Below, in pieces: positions 1 through 15,000 of a stretch of 64,000 nt of DNA. The stretch's first letter is position 1. Each line of letters begins with the position of its first letter. This DNA is from the human T2T-CHM13v2.0 reference genome, Homo sapiens. A model generated the notes under the pieces. That model saw only the letters and a program-made list of their open reading frames with translations, searched no databases and had not been told where the DNA came from. Both the position numbers and the translations under genes were made by a program. The DNA lies in assembly GCF_009914755.1 (NCBI RefSeq), contig NC_060939.1; one strand, written 5' to 3'.

Positions 1-3000
1 ACACATCACAAAGTAGTTTCTCAGATTGCTTCTGTATATAATTTACGTGAAGAAGTTTCCTTTTCTACCATAGGCCCCAAAGCGCTCCAAATGTCCATTT
101 GCAGATTCTAAAAAAAGAGTGTCTCCAAATTGCTCAATCAAAAGTAATGTTCAACTCTGTGAGAAGAACGTCCGCATCACAAAGAAGTTTCTCAGAATTA
201 TTCTGTCTACATTTTATGTGAGGATATTTCCTTTTCCACAGCAGGCCTCAAAGTGCTCCAAATGTCCACTTGCAAATTCTACAAAAAGAGAGTTTCCAAT
301 CTGCTCCATCAAAAGAAAACTTCAGCTCTGTGAGATGAATGCACACATCACAAAGGAGTTTCTCAGATTGCTTCTGTCTAGACATTATGTGAAGATATTT
401 CCTTTTCCAACATTGGCCTCAAAGTGGTCCAAATATCCACTTGTAGATGCTACAAAAAGAGAGTTTCAAAACTGCTATATCAAAAGAAAAGTTTAACTCC
501 ATGAGATGAATACACGTGTCTCAAAGAAGTTTCTCAGATTGCTTCTGTCTAGATTTTATGTGAAGATATTTCCTTTTCTACCATAGTCCGCAAAACTCTC
601 CAAATGTCCACTGGCAGATTCTACAAAAAGAGTGTTTCCAAACTGCTCAATTGAAAGAAAGGTTCAACTATGTGAAATGAATGCACACATCACAAAGTTG
701 TTTCTCAGAATTCTTCTGTCTAGTTTTTATGTTAAGATATTTCCTTTTCCACCATATGCCTCAAAGCGCTCCAAATATCCACTTGCGGATTCTACAAAAA
801 CAGAGTTTCAAAACTCCTCAATCAAAAGAAAAGTTTAACTCTGTGAGATGAATGCCCACATCACAAAGAAGTTTCTCAGATTGCTTCTGTCTTCTTTTTA
901 TGTGAAGATATTTCCTTTTCCACCACAGACCTTAAAACGTTCCAAATATCCACTTGCGGATTCTACAAAAAGACAGTTTCAAAACCGCTCACTCAAAAGA
1001 AAGTTTTAACTCTGTGAGAGGAATACACACATCACAAACTAGTTTCTCAGATTGCTTCTGTCTACAATTTATGTGAAGATGTTTCCTTTTCTACCATAGG
1101 CACCAAAGCGCTCTAAATGTCCACTTGCAGATTCTACAAAAAGAGAGTTTCAAAACTGCTCAATCAAAAGAAAGGTGTAACTCTGTGAGATGAATGCACA
1201 CATCACTCAGAGGTTTCTCAGATTGCATCTGTCTAGATTTTATGTGAGGGTATTTCATTTTCTACCACAGGCCACAAAGCTCTCCAAATATTCAATTGCA
1301 ATTTCTACAAAAAGAGAGTTTCAAAACAGCTCTATCAAAAGATAGGTTCGAATCTGTGAGTTGAATGCACACATAACAACGAAGTTTGCCGGAATACTTC
1401 TGGGTAGTTTTATCTGAAGATATTTCCTTTTCCAAAATTGACCTCAAAGCCCTTGAAATATCCACTTCCGGATTCTACAAAATAGTGTTTCAAAACTACT
1501 CAGTCAATAGAAAGTTTCAACTCTTTGTGATGAATGCACTCATCACAAAGAATTTCCGCAGAATGGTTCTGTGTAGTTTTTTTTTTTGTTGAAGATATTT
1601 CCTTTTCCATCATAGGGTGCAAAAGGCTCCAAATATCCACTTGCAGATTCTACAGAAAGAGAGAGTCAAAACTGCTGAATCAAAAGACAGCTTCAACTCT
1701 GTGAGTTGAATGCACACATAACAAGAAATTTCACAGAATGCTTCTGTGTAGTACTTATGTGAAGATATTCCCTTTTCCACAACAGGCCTCAAAGTGCTCC
1801 AAATATCCACTTGCAGATTCTACAAAAAGAGTGTTTCAAAACTGCTCAATCATAATATAGGTTCAACCCTGTGAGATGAATGCACACATCACAAAGAAGT
1901 TTCTCAGAATGCTTCTGTGTAGTTTTTATTTGAAGATATTTCCTTTTCCACTATAGGCCACAAAGGGCTCCATATATCCACTTGCAGATTCTACAAAAAG
2001 AGAGATTCAATATTGCTCAATGAAAAGATAGATTCAACAATATGAGTTTAAAGCACACATCACAAAGAAGTCTCTCAGAATGCTTCTGTGTAGTTTTTAT
2101 GTGAAGATATTTCCTTTTCCTCAATTGGCCTCAAAGCTCTCAAAATATCCAGTTACATATTCTGCAAAAAGAGAGATTCAAAACTGCTCAATCATTAGAT
2201 AGGTTCCATTCTGTGATTTGAATGCACAAATCATGAAGGAGTTTCTCAGAATGCTTCTGTGTAGTTTTTATGTGAAGATACTTCCTTTTCCATGGTAGGC
2301 CTCAAATCGCTCCAAATATCCACTTGCAGATTCTACAAAAAGACAGTTTCAAAACTGCTCAATCAAAAGAGAGTTTCAACTCTGTGAGATGAATGCATAC
2401 ATCACAAAGAAGTTTCTCAGAATGCTGTGTAGTGTTTATGGGAAGATACTTCCTTTTCCACAATGGGCCTCAAAGCGCTCCAAATATCCACATGAAGATT
2501 CTACCAAAAGAGTGTTTCAAAACTGCTCAATCAAAAGAAAGTTTCAATTCTGTGAGATGAATGCACACATCACAAAGAAGTTTCTCAGAATGCTTCTGTG
2601 CAGTTTTTATGTGAAGATATTTCCTTTTCCACAATAGGCCTCAAGGCACTCCAAATATCGACTTGCAGATTCTTCAAAAAGAGTGTTTCAAAACTGCTCA
2701 ATCATAAGATTGCTATAACCCTGCAAGATGAATGCACACATCACAAAGAAGTTTCTCAGAATGCTTCACTGTAGTTTTTATTTGAAGATATTTCCTTTTC
2801 CAGCATAGGCTGCAAAGGGCTCCAAATATTCACTTGCAGATTATACAAAAAGAGAGATTCAAAACTGCTCAATCAGAACATTGGTTCAACTCTGCGAGTT
2901 GAATGCACACATCACAAAGAAGTTTCCCAGAATGCTTCTGTGTAGTTTTAATGTGAAGATATTTCCTTTTCCACAATTCGTCTCAAAGCTCTATGAATAT

Positions 3001-6000
3001 CCACTTGTAGAGTCTGCAAAAAGAGAGATTCAAAACTGCTCAATCAAAAAATAGCTTCTACTGTGTGATTTGAATGCATACCTCACAAAGATGTTTCTCA
3101 GAATGCTTCTATGTAGTTTTTATTTGAAGATATTTGCTTTTCCACAGTAGGCTTCAAAGCACTCCAAATATCCACTTGCAGATTCTCCAAAAGAGAGATA
3201 TGTAACTGCTCAATCAAAAGATAAGTTTTAATCTGTGAGTTGAATGCACACATAACAAAGAAGTTTCCCAGAATGCTTTTGTGTAGTTTTCATGTGAAGA
3301 TATTTCCTTTTCCACAATGGGCCCCAAATCTCTCCCAATATCCAATTGCAGATTCTGCATAAAGGGTGTTTCAAAACTGCTCAATCAAAGGAAGTTTTCA
3401 ACTCTCTCTGATAAATGCACTCATCACAAAGAAGTTTCTCTGAATGCTTCTGTGTAGTTTTTATTTGAAGATATTTCCTTTTACACTGTAGAGCACAAAG
3501 GGCTCCAAATATCCACTTGCAGATTCTACAAAAAGAGAGTTTAAAAACTGCTCAATCAAATGATAGGTTCAACTCGGTGAGTTGATGGCACACATCACAA
3601 AGAAGTTTCTCAGAATGGTTCTATGTAGTTTTTTCTGTAAAGGTATTTCGTTTTCCACAATAGGCCTAAAAGTGCTCCAAATATCCACTTGCAGATTCTA
3701 AAAAAGAGTGTTTCAAAACTGCTCAGTCATAAGATGGGTTCAACCCTGTGAGATGAATGCACACATCAGAAAGAAGTTTCTCAGAATGCTTCTATGTAGT
3801 TTTTATTTGAAGATATTTCCTTTTCCACCTTACGCTGCAAAGGGCTCCATATATCCATTTGCAGATTCTACGAAAAGAGAGATTCAAAACTGCTCAATCA
3901 AAAGACAGGTTCAACACTCTGAGTTGAAAGCACACATTGCAAAGAAGTCTCTCAGAATGCTTCTGTGTAGATTATATATGAAGATATTTTCTTTTCCACA
4001 ATAGGCCTCAAAAGTCCCCAAATATCCAGTTGCAGATTCTGCAAAAAGAGAGATTGAAAATGCTCAATCTAAACATAGATTCGACTCTGTGAGTTGAATG
4101 CATACCTCACAAAGAAGTTTCTAAGAATGCTTCTGTGTTGTTTTTATGTGAAGATATTTGCTTTTCCACAGTAGGCCTCAAAGAGCTCCAAATATACAGC
4201 TGCAGATTTTGCAAAAAGAGATATTCAAAACTGCTCAATAAAAAGACAGGTTCAACTCTGTGAGTTGAATGCACACATATCAAAGAAGTTTCTCAGATGC
4301 TTCTGTGTGGGTTTTATGTGAAGATATTTCCTTTTCCACCATAGGCCCCAAAGCACTCAAAATATCCACTTGCAGATTCTACAAAAAGAGTGTTTCAAAA
4401 CTTCTCAATCATAAGATAGTTTCAACCCTGTGAGATGAATGCACACATCACATAGAAGTTTCTCAGAATGCTTCTGTGTAGTTTTTATTAGAAGATATTT
4501 CCTTTTCGACCATAGGCCACAAAGGGCTCCAAACATCCACTTGCAGATTCTACAAAAAGAGACATTCAAAAACAGCTCAATCAAAAGATAGGTTCAACTA
4601 TCTGAGTGGAATGCACACATCACAAAGAAGTTTCTCAGAATGCTTCTGTGAAGTTTTTATGTACATTTATTTCCTTTTCCACAATAGGCCTCAAAGCTCT
4701 CCAAATATCCACTTACAGATTCTGAAAAAAGAGAGTTTCTAAACTGCTCAATCAAAAGATAGTTTCAACCCTGTGAGATGAATGTACACATCACAAAGAA
4801 GTTTCACAAAATGTTTCTGTGTAGTTTTTATGTGAAGATATTTCCTTTTCCACAATAGGCCTCAAGTCGCTCCAAATATCGACTTGCAGATTCTACAAAA
4901 AGAGTGTTTCAAAACCGCTCAATCATAAGATAGGCTTAACTCTGTGAGATGAATGAACACATCACAAAGAAGTTTCTCAGAATGCTTCTGTGTAGTTTTT
5001 ACTTCAAGATATCTCCTTTTCCACCGAAGGCTGCAAAGGGCTCCAAATATCCACATGCGGATTCTACAAAAAGAGAGATTCAAATCTGTCCAATCAAAAG
5101 ATAGTTTCAACTCTGTGAGTTGAGTGCACACATCACAAAGAAGTTTCCCAGAATGTTTCTGTGCCCTTTTTACGTGAAGATATTCCACAATTGGCCCCAA
5201 AGCTCTCCAAATTTCCACTTGTAGATTCTACAAAAAGAGCCTTTCAAAACTGCTCAATCAAAGGTAGGTTTCAACTCTGTGTGATGAATACACTCATCAC
5301 AAAGAAGTTTCTCTGAATGCTTCAGTGTAGTTTTCATTTGCAGATATTTCCTTTTCCACAGTAGAGCACAAAGGGCTCCAAATATCCACTTGAAGATCCC
5401 ACAAAAAGAGAGTTTAAAAACTGCTCAATCAAAAGATAGGTTCATCTCTGTTAGTTGAAGGCACACATCACAAAGAAGTTTCTAGGAATGCTTCTGTGTT
5501 GTTTTTATGTTTTTATATTTCCTTTTCCTCCATAGGTTGCAAATGGTCACAAATATCCCCTTGCCGATTCCACAAAAAGAATTTCAATACTGCTCTATCA
5601 AAAGATAGGTTCAACTCTGTGAGTTGAATGCACACATCACAAAGAAGTTTCTCAGAATGCTACTTTGTAGTTTTTATGTGAAGATATTTCCTTTTCCACA
5701 ATAGGTCTCAAGGGGCTCAATATATCCACTAGGAGATTCTACAAAAAGAATGTTTCCAAACTGCTCAATCAAAAGAGAGGTTCAAATCTGTGAGAAGAAT
5801 GTACACATCACAAAGAAATTTCTCATAATGCTTCTGTGTAGTTTTTATGTGAAGATATTTCCTTTTCCACCATAGGCCTCAAAGCGTTCCAAGTATTCAC
5901 TTGCATATTCTACAAAAAGAGAGTTTCAAAACTGCTATATAAAAAGATAGGTTCAACTCTGTGAGTTGAATGCACACATCAAAAAGAAGTTTCTCAGAAC

Positions 6001-9000
6001 GCTTCTGTGTAGTTTTTATGTGAAGATGTTTCCTTTTCCACAATAGGTGGCAAAGGGTTCCAAATATCCACTTACAGATTCTACAAAAACAGAGTTTAAA
6101 AACTGCTCTATCAAAAGTCAAATTCAACTCTTTGAGTTGAAAGCACAAATCACAAAGAAGTTTCTCAGAATGCTTCTGTGTATTTTTTATGTGAAGATAT
6201 TTCCTTTTCCACCATAGGCATCAAAGGGCTGCAAATATCCACATGCAGATTCTACGAAAAGAGTGTTTCAATACTGCTCAATCAAAAGAAAGTTTCAACT
6301 CTGTGGGATGAATTCACACATCACAAAGCAGTTTGTCGGAATCCTTCTGTGTAGTTTTTAATAGAAGATACTTCCTTTTCCACAGTAGGCTACAAAGGGC
6401 TCCAAATATCCACTTACGATTCTACAAAAACAGAATTTCAAAACTGCTCAACCAAAAGATAGATTCAACCCTGTGAGATGAATGCACACATCACAATAAA
6501 GTTTCTCAGAATGCTTCTGTGTAGTTTTTATTTGAAGATATTTCCTTTTCCACTATAGGCCACAAAGGGCTCCATATATCCACTTGCAGATTCTACAAAA
6601 AGAGAGATTCAATATTGCTCAATGAAAAGATAGATTCAACAATATGAGTTTAAAGCACACATCACAAAGAAGTCTCTCAGAATGCTTCTGTGTAGTTTTT
6701 ATGTGAAGATATTTCCTTTTCCTCAATTGGCCTCAAAGCTCTCAAAATATCCAGTTACATATTCTGCAAAAAGAGAGATTCAAAACTGCTCAATCATTAG
6801 ATAGGTTCCATTCTGTGATTTGAATGCACAAATCATGAAGGAGTTTCTCAGAATGCTTCTGTGTAGTTTTTATGTGAAGATACTTCCTTTTCCATGGTAG
6901 GCCTCAAATCGCTCCAAATATCCACTTGCAGATTCTACAAAAAGACAGTTTCAAAACTGCTCAATCAAAAGAGAGTTTCAACTCTGTGAGATGAATGCAT
7001 ACATCACAAAGAAGTTTCTCAGAATGCTGTGTAGTGTTTATGGGAAGATACTTCCTTTTCCACAATGGGCCTCAAAGCGCTCCAAATATCCACATGAAGA
7101 TTCTACCAAAAGAGTGTTTCAAAACTGCTCAATCAAAAGAAAGTTTCAATTCTGTGAGATGAATGCACACATCACAAAGAAGTTTCTCAGAATGCTTCTG
7201 TGCAGTTTTTATGTGAAGATATTTCCTTTTCCACAATAGGCCTCAAGGCACTCCAAATATCGACTTGCAGATTCTTCAAAAAGAGTGTTTCAAAACTGCT
7301 CAATCATAAGATTGCTATAACCCTGCAAGATGAATGCACACATCACAAAGAAGTTTCTCAGAATGCTTCACTGTAGTTTTTATTTGAAGATATTTCCTTT
7401 TCCAGCATAGGCTGCAAAGGGCTCCAAATATTCACTTGCAGATTATACAAAAAGAGAGATTCAAAACTGCTCAATCAGAACATTGGTTCAACTCTGCGAG
7501 TTGAATGCACACATCACAAAGAAGTTTCCCAGAATGCTTCTGTGTAGTTTTAATGTGAAGATATTTCCTTTTCCACAATTCGTCTCAAAGCTCTATGAAT
7601 ATCCACTTGTAGAGTCTGCAAAAAGAGAGATTCAAAACTGCTCAATCAAAAAATAGCTTCTACTGTGTGATTTGAATGCATACCTCACAAAGATGTTTCT
7701 CAGAATGCTTCTATGTAGTTTTTATTTGAAGATATTTGCTTTTCCACAGTAGGCTTCAAAGCACTCCAAATATCCACTTGCAGATTCTCCAAAAGAGAGA
7801 TATGTAACTGCTCAATCAAAAGATAAGTTTTAATCTGTGAGTTGAATGCACACATAACAAAGAAGTTTCCCAGAATGCTTTTGTGTAGTTTTCATGTGAA
7901 GATATTTCCTTTTCCACAATGGGCCCCAAATCTCTCCCAATATCCAATTGCAGATTCTGCATAAAGGGTGTTTCAAAACTGCTCAATCAAAGGAAGTTTT
8001 CAACTCTCTCTGATAAATGCACTCATCACAAAGAAGTTTCTCTGAATGCTTCTGTGTAGTTTTTATTTGAAGATATTTCCTTTTACACTGTAGAGCACAA
8101 AGGGCTCCAAATATCCACTTGCAGATTCTACAAAAAGAGAGTTTAAAAACTGCTCAATCAAATGATAGGTTCAACTCGGTGAGTTGATGGCACACATCAC
8201 AAAGAAGTTTCTCAGAATGGTTCTATGTAGTTTTTTCTGTAAAGGTATTTCGTTTTCCACAATAGGCCTAAAAGTGCTCCAAATATCCACTTGCAGATTC
8301 TAAAAAAGAGTGTTTCAAAACTGCTCAGTCATAAGATGGGTTCAACCCTGTGAGATGAATGCACACATCAGAAAGAAGTTTCTCAGAATGCTTCTATGTA
8401 GTTTTTATTTGAAGATATTTCCTTTTCCACCTTACGCTGCAAAGGGCTCCATATATCCATTTGCAGATTCTACGAAAAGAGAGATTCAAAACTGCTCAAT
8501 CAAAAGACAGGTTCAACACTCTGAGTTGAAAGCACACATTGCAAAGAAGTCTCTCAGAATGCTTCTGTGTAGATTATATATGAAGATATTTTCTTTTCCA
8601 CAATAGGCCTCAAAAGTCCCCAAATATCCAGTTGCAGATTCTGCAAAAAGAGAGATTGAAAATGCTCAATCTAAACATAGATTCGACTCTGTGAGTTGAA
8701 TGCATACCTCACAAAGAAGTTTCTAAGAATGCTTCTGTGTTGTTTTTATGTGAAGATATTTGCTTTTCCACAGTAGGCCTCAAAGAGCTCCAAATATACA
8801 GCTGCAGATTTTGCAAAAAGAGATATTCAAAACTGCTCAATAAAAAGACAGGTTCAACTCTGTGAGTTGAATGCACACATATCAAAGAAGTTTCTCAGAT
8901 GCTTCTGTGTGGGTTTTATGTGAAGATATTTCCTTTTCCACCATAGGCCCCAAAGCACTCAAAATATCCACTTGCAGATTCTACAAAAAGAGTGTTTCAA

Positions 9001-12000
9001 AACTTCTCAATCATAAGATAGTTTCAACCCTGTGAGATGAATGCACACATCACATAGAAGTTTCTCAGAATGCTTCTGTGTAGTTTTTATTAGAAGATAT
9101 TTCCTTTTCGACCATAGGCCACAAAGGGCTCCAAACATCCACTTGCAGATTCTACAAAAAGAGACATTCAAAAACAGCTCAATCAAAAGATAGGTTCAAC
9201 TATCTGAGTGGAATGCACACATCACAAAGAAGTTTCTCAGAATGCTTCTGTGAAGTTTTTATGTACATTTATTTCCTTTTCCACAATAGGCCTCAAAGCT
9301 CTCCAAATATCCACTTACAGATTCTGAAAAAAGAGAGTTTCTAAACTGCTCAATCAAAAGATAGTTTCAACCCTGTGAGATGAATGTACACATCACAAAG
9401 AAGTTTCACAAAATGTTTCTGTGTAGTTTTTATGTGAAGATATTTCCTTTTCCACAATAGGCCTCAAGTCGCTCCAAATATCGACTTGCAGATTCTACAA
9501 AAAGAGTGTTTCAAAACCGCTCAATCATAAGATAGGCTTAACTCTGTGAGATGAATGAACACATCACAAAGAAGTTTCTCAGAATGCTTCTGTGTAGTTT
9601 TTACTTCAAGATATCTCCTTTTCCACCGAAGGCTGCAAAGGGCTCCAAATATCCACATGCGGATTCTACAAAAAGAGAGATTCAAATCTGTCCAATCAAA
9701 AGATAGTTTCAACTCTGTGAGTTGAGTGCACACATCACAAAGAAGTTTCCCAGAATGTTTCTGTGCCCTTTTTACGTGAAGATATTCCACAATTGGCCCC
9801 AAAGCTCTCCAAATTTCCACTTGTAGATTCTACAAAAAGAGCCTTTCAAAACTGCTCAATCAAAGGTAGGTTTCAACTCTGTGTGATGAATACACTCATC
9901 ACAAAGAAGTTTCTCTGAATGCTTCAGTGTAGTTTTCATTTGCAGATATTTCCTTTTCCACAGTAGAGCACAAAGGGCTCCAAATATCCACTTGAAGATC
10001 CCACAAAAAGAGAGTTTAAAAACTGCTCAATCAAAAGATAGGTTCATCTCTGTTAGTTGAAGGCACACATCACAAAGAAGTTTCTAGGAATGCTTCTGTG
10101 TTGTTTTTATGTTTTTATATTTCCTTTTCCTCCATAGGTTGCAAATGGTCACAAATATCCCCTTGCCGATTCCACAAAAAGAATTTCAATACTGCTCTAT
10201 CAAAAGATAGGTTCAACTCTGTGAGTTGAATGCACACATCACAAAGAAGTTTCTCAGAATGCTACTTTGTAGTTTTTATGTGAAGATATTTCCTTTTCCA
10301 CAATAGGTCTCAAGGGGCTCAATATATCCACTAGGAGATTCTACAAAAAGAATGTTTCCAAACTGCTCAATCAAAAGAGAGGTTCAAATCTGTGAGAAGA
10401 ATGTACACATCACAAAGAAATTTCTCATAATGCTTCTGTGTAGTTTTTATGTGAAGATATTTCCTTTTCCACCATAGGCCTCAAAGCGTTCCAAGTATTC
10501 ACTTGCATATTCTACAAAAAGAGAGTTTCAAAACTGCTATATAAAAAGATAGGTTCAACTCTGTGAGTTGAATGCACACATCAAAAAGAAGTTTCTCAGA
10601 ACGCTTCTGTGTAGTTTTTATGTGAAGATGTTTCCTTTTCCACAATAGGTGGCAAAGGGTTCCAAATATCCACTTACAGATTCTACAAAAACAGAGTTTA
10701 AAAACTGCTCTATCAAAAGTCAAATTCAACTCTTTGAGTTGAAAGCACAAATCACAAAGAAGTTTCTCAGAATGCTTCTGTGTATTTTTTATGTGAAGAT
10801 ATTTCCTTTTCCACCATAGGCATCAAAGGGCTGCAAATATCCACATGCAGATTCTACGAAAAGAGTGTTTCAATACTGCTCAATCAAAAGAAAGTTTCAA
10901 CTCTGTGGGATGAATTCACACATCACAAAGCAGTTTGTCGGAATCCTTCTGTGTAGTTTTTAATAGAAGATACTTCCTTTTCCACAGTAGGCTACAAAGG
11001 GCTCCAAATATCCACTTACGATTCTACAAAAACAGAATTTCAAAACTGCTCAACCAAAAGATAGATTCAACCCTGTGAGATGAATGCACACATCACAATA
11101 AAGTTTCTCAGAATGCTTCTGTGTAGTTTTTATGTGAAGATATTTCATTTTCCACCATAGGCCTCAAAGTGCTCCAAATATTCACTTGCAGATTGTACAA
11201 AAAGAGTGTTTCAAAACTGTTCTATCAAATGAAAGTTTCAACTCCGTGAGATGAATGCACACATCACAAAGAAGTTTCTCAGAATGCTTCTGTGTAGTTT
11301 TTATGTGAAGATATTTCCTTTTCCACCATAGGTCGCAAAGTCTCCCAATACCCACTTGCAGATTCCACAAAAGGAGAGTTTCAAAACTGTTATATTTAAA
11401 GAGAGGTTCAACTCTGTATGATGTATGCACACATCACAAAGAAGTTTCACTGAATTTTTCAGTGTAGTTTTTATGTGAAGATATTTCCTTTTCCACCATA
11501 GGCCTCAAATCACTCCAAATATCCACTTGCAGATTCTACAAAAAAGTGTTTCCAAACTGCTCAATCAAAAGAAAAGTTCAACACTATGACATGAAAGCAC
11601 ACATCACAAAGAAGTTTCTCAGTATGCTTCTGTGTAATTTTCATGTGAAGATATTCCCTTTTCCACCATTGGCCACAAATAGCTCCAAATATCCAATTTT
11701 AGATTGTACAAAAAGAGTATATAAAAACTGCTCAATCAAAAGAAAGGTTCAACTCTGTGAGGTGAATGCAAAAATCACAGAGAAGTTTCCCAGAATCCTT
11801 CTGTGTAGTTTTTATGTTTAGATATTTCCTTTTCCACCATAGGCCTCAAAGCGCTCCAAATATTCACTTGCAGATTTTACAAAAAGCGTGTTTCAAAACT
11901 ACTCACTCAAAAGAAAGGTTCAGCTCTGTGAGATGAATGCGCACATCACAAAGAAGTTTCTCAGAATGCTCCTGTGTAGTTTTTATGTGAAGATATTTCC

Positions 12001-15000
12001 ATTTCCACCATTAGCTGCAAAGGGCTCCAAATATCCACTTGCAGTTTCTACAAAAAGAGTGTTTCCAAACTGTTCAATCAAATGAACGGTTCAACTCTGT
12101 GAGATGAATGCACACATCACAAAGAAGTTTCTCAGAATGCTTCTGTGTAGTATTTATGTGAAGATATTTCCTTTTCCACAATAGGCTTCCAAGGGCTCAA
12201 AATATCCACTTGCAGATTCTAATAAAAGAGTGTTTCCAAACTGCTCAAATAAAAGTAATGTTCAACTCTGTGAGATGAATGGGCACATCACAAAAAGTTT
12301 CTGAGAATACTTCTCTGTAGTTTTTATGGGAAGACATTTCATTTTCCACAGTAGACCTCAAAGTACTGCAAATATCCACTTGCAGATATTACAAAAAGAG
12401 TGTTTCAAAACTGCTCAATCAAATAAAATGTTCAACTCCGTGAGATGATTGCACACATCACAAAGAAGTTGCTCAGAATGCTTCTCTGTAGTTTTTATGT
12501 TAAGATATTTCCTTTTTCTCCATGGACTTCAAAGCACTCCAAGTATCCACTTGCAGATTCTACAAAAAGAGTGTTTCAAAACTACTCAATAAAAAGAAAG
12601 GTTCATCTCTGTGAGATGAATGCACACATCACAATGAAGTTTCTCAGAATGCATCTGTGTAGTTTTTGTGTGAAGATATTGAATTTTCCACCATAGGCTG
12701 CAAAGGGCTCCAAATATCCACTTGCAGACTCTACAAAAAGAGAGCTTTAAAGCTGCTCTAACAAAACATAGGTTCAACTCTGTGAGATGAATGCACACAA
12801 TACAAAAAGTTACTCAGAATGCTTCTGTGTAGTTTTTATGTGAAGATATTAACTTTTCCACCATAGGCCTCAAAGCGCTCGAAATATCCTCTTGCAGATT
12901 CTACAAAAAGAGTGTTTCAAAACTGCTCAATCAAAGTAAGCTTCAACTCTGTGTAGTGAATTCACACATCAAAAAGAAGTTTCTGAGAATACTTCTGTTA
13001 AATTTTATGGGAAGATATTTCCTTTTCTACAGTAGGCCTCAAAGCCCTGCAATTATCCACCTGCAGATTCTACAAAAAGATTGTTTCAAAACTGCTCAAT
13101 CATAAGATTGGTTCAACCCTGTGAGATGAATGCACACATCACAAAGTGGTTTCCCAGAATGCTTCTGTGTAGTTTTTATGAGAAGATATTTCCTTTTCCA
13201 CCATAGGCTGCAAAGGGCTCCAAATATCCACTTGAGGTTTACAAAGAAAAAAAGAGAGTTTCAAAACTCCTCTAACAAAAGATAGGTTTAACTCTGTGAA
13301 TTGAATATACTCATCAAAAGGAAGTTTATCAGAATACTTCTGTGTAGTTTTTATGTGAAGATATTTCCTTTACCACCATTTGCCATAAAGCCCTGCAAAT
13401 ATCCACTTGCAGATTCTACGAAAAGAGTGTTTCAAAACTGCTCAATGAAAAGAAAGGTTCAACTTTTTAAGATGAATGCACACATCACAAAGAAGTTTAT
13501 CAGAATGCTTCTATGTAGTTTTTATGTGAAGATAGTTACTTTTCCACCTTAGGCCGCAAAGGGCTCTAATATCCATTGCAGATTCTACAAAAAGAGATTT
13601 TCAAAGCTGCTCTATCAAAAGATAGGTTCAACTCTGTGAGATGAATGCACACATCACAAAGAGGTTTCTCGGAATGCTTCTGTGTAGTTTTTTTGTGAAG
13701 ATATTTCCTTCTCCACATTAGGACACAAAGCGCTCCAAATATCCACTTGCACATTTTACAAAAACAGTGTTTCCAAGTTGCTCAATAAAATGGGATGTTC
13801 AACTCTGTGAGATGAATGCACACATTAGAAAGAAGTTTATCAGAAAGCTTCTGTGTAGTTTTTATATGAAGATATTTCCTTTTCCACCATCGGCCACAAG
13901 GGGCTCTAAATTACCACTTGTAGATTCTACAAAAAGAGAGTTTAAAAACTGCTCTATCAACAGATAGGTTCAACTCTGTGAGTTGAATGCACACATCACA
14001 AAGAAGTTCCTCAGAATGCTTCTGTGTAGTTTTTATGTGAAGATATTTCCTTTTACACCATTGGCCTCCAAGCCCTCTAAATATCCATCTACTGATTCTA
14101 CAAAAAGAGAGATTCAAAACTGCTCAATCAAAAGAAAGGTTCAACTCTGTGAGATGAAAGCACACATCACAAAGGAGTTTCTCAGAATGCTTCTGTGTAG
14201 TTTTTATGTGAAGATATTACCTTTTCCACCTTAGACCTCAAAGCGCTCGAAATATCCTCTTGCAGATTCTACAAAAGAGTGTTTCAAAACTGCTCAATCA
14301 AAATAAGGTTCAACTCTGTGAGATGAATTCACACATCAAAAAGAAGTTTCTGAGAATACTTCTGTTAATTTTTATGGGAAGATATTTCCTTTTGTACAGT
14401 AGGCCTCAAAGCCCTGCAAGTATCCACTTGCAGATTCTACAAATAAAGTGTTTCAAAACTCCTCAATCAAATGAAATGTTCAGCTCTGTAAGATGAATGC
14501 ACACATGACAAAGAAGCTACTCAGAATGCTTCTGTGTAGTTTTTATGAGAAGATATTTCCTTTTCCACCATAGGTCACAAAGGGCTCCAAATATCCACTT
14601 GAGGTTTACAAAAAAAAAGAGAGTTTCAAAACTCCTCTAACAAAAGATAGGTTCAACTCTATGAATTGAATACACTCATCAAAAGGAAGTTTATCAGAAT
14701 ACTTCTGTGTATTTTTTATGTGAAGATATTTCCTTTTCCACATTAGGCCTCCAAGGGCTCCAAATATCCACTTGCAGATTCTACGAAAAGATTATTTCCA
14801 AACTGCTCAATCAAAAGAAAGTTTCAACATTGTGAGGTGAATGCACACATCACAAAGAAGTTTCTGATAATGCTTCTGTGTAGTTTTTATGTGACGATAT
14901 TTCCTTTTCAACAATTGGCCTAAATTCGTTCCAATTATACACTTGCAGATTCTACAAAAAGAGTGTTTGAAAACTGCTCAATCAAATGAAAATTTCACCT

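Noticed and set aside
5013-5029. Possible CENP-B box (ctccttttccaccgaag; second copy at 9615-9631)
   Set aside because: It has the CGAA half but lacks the required CCCG (7 of 9 essential bases), so it is a point variant of the A-box. The tccgtttcca at ~33591 is likewise only partial.
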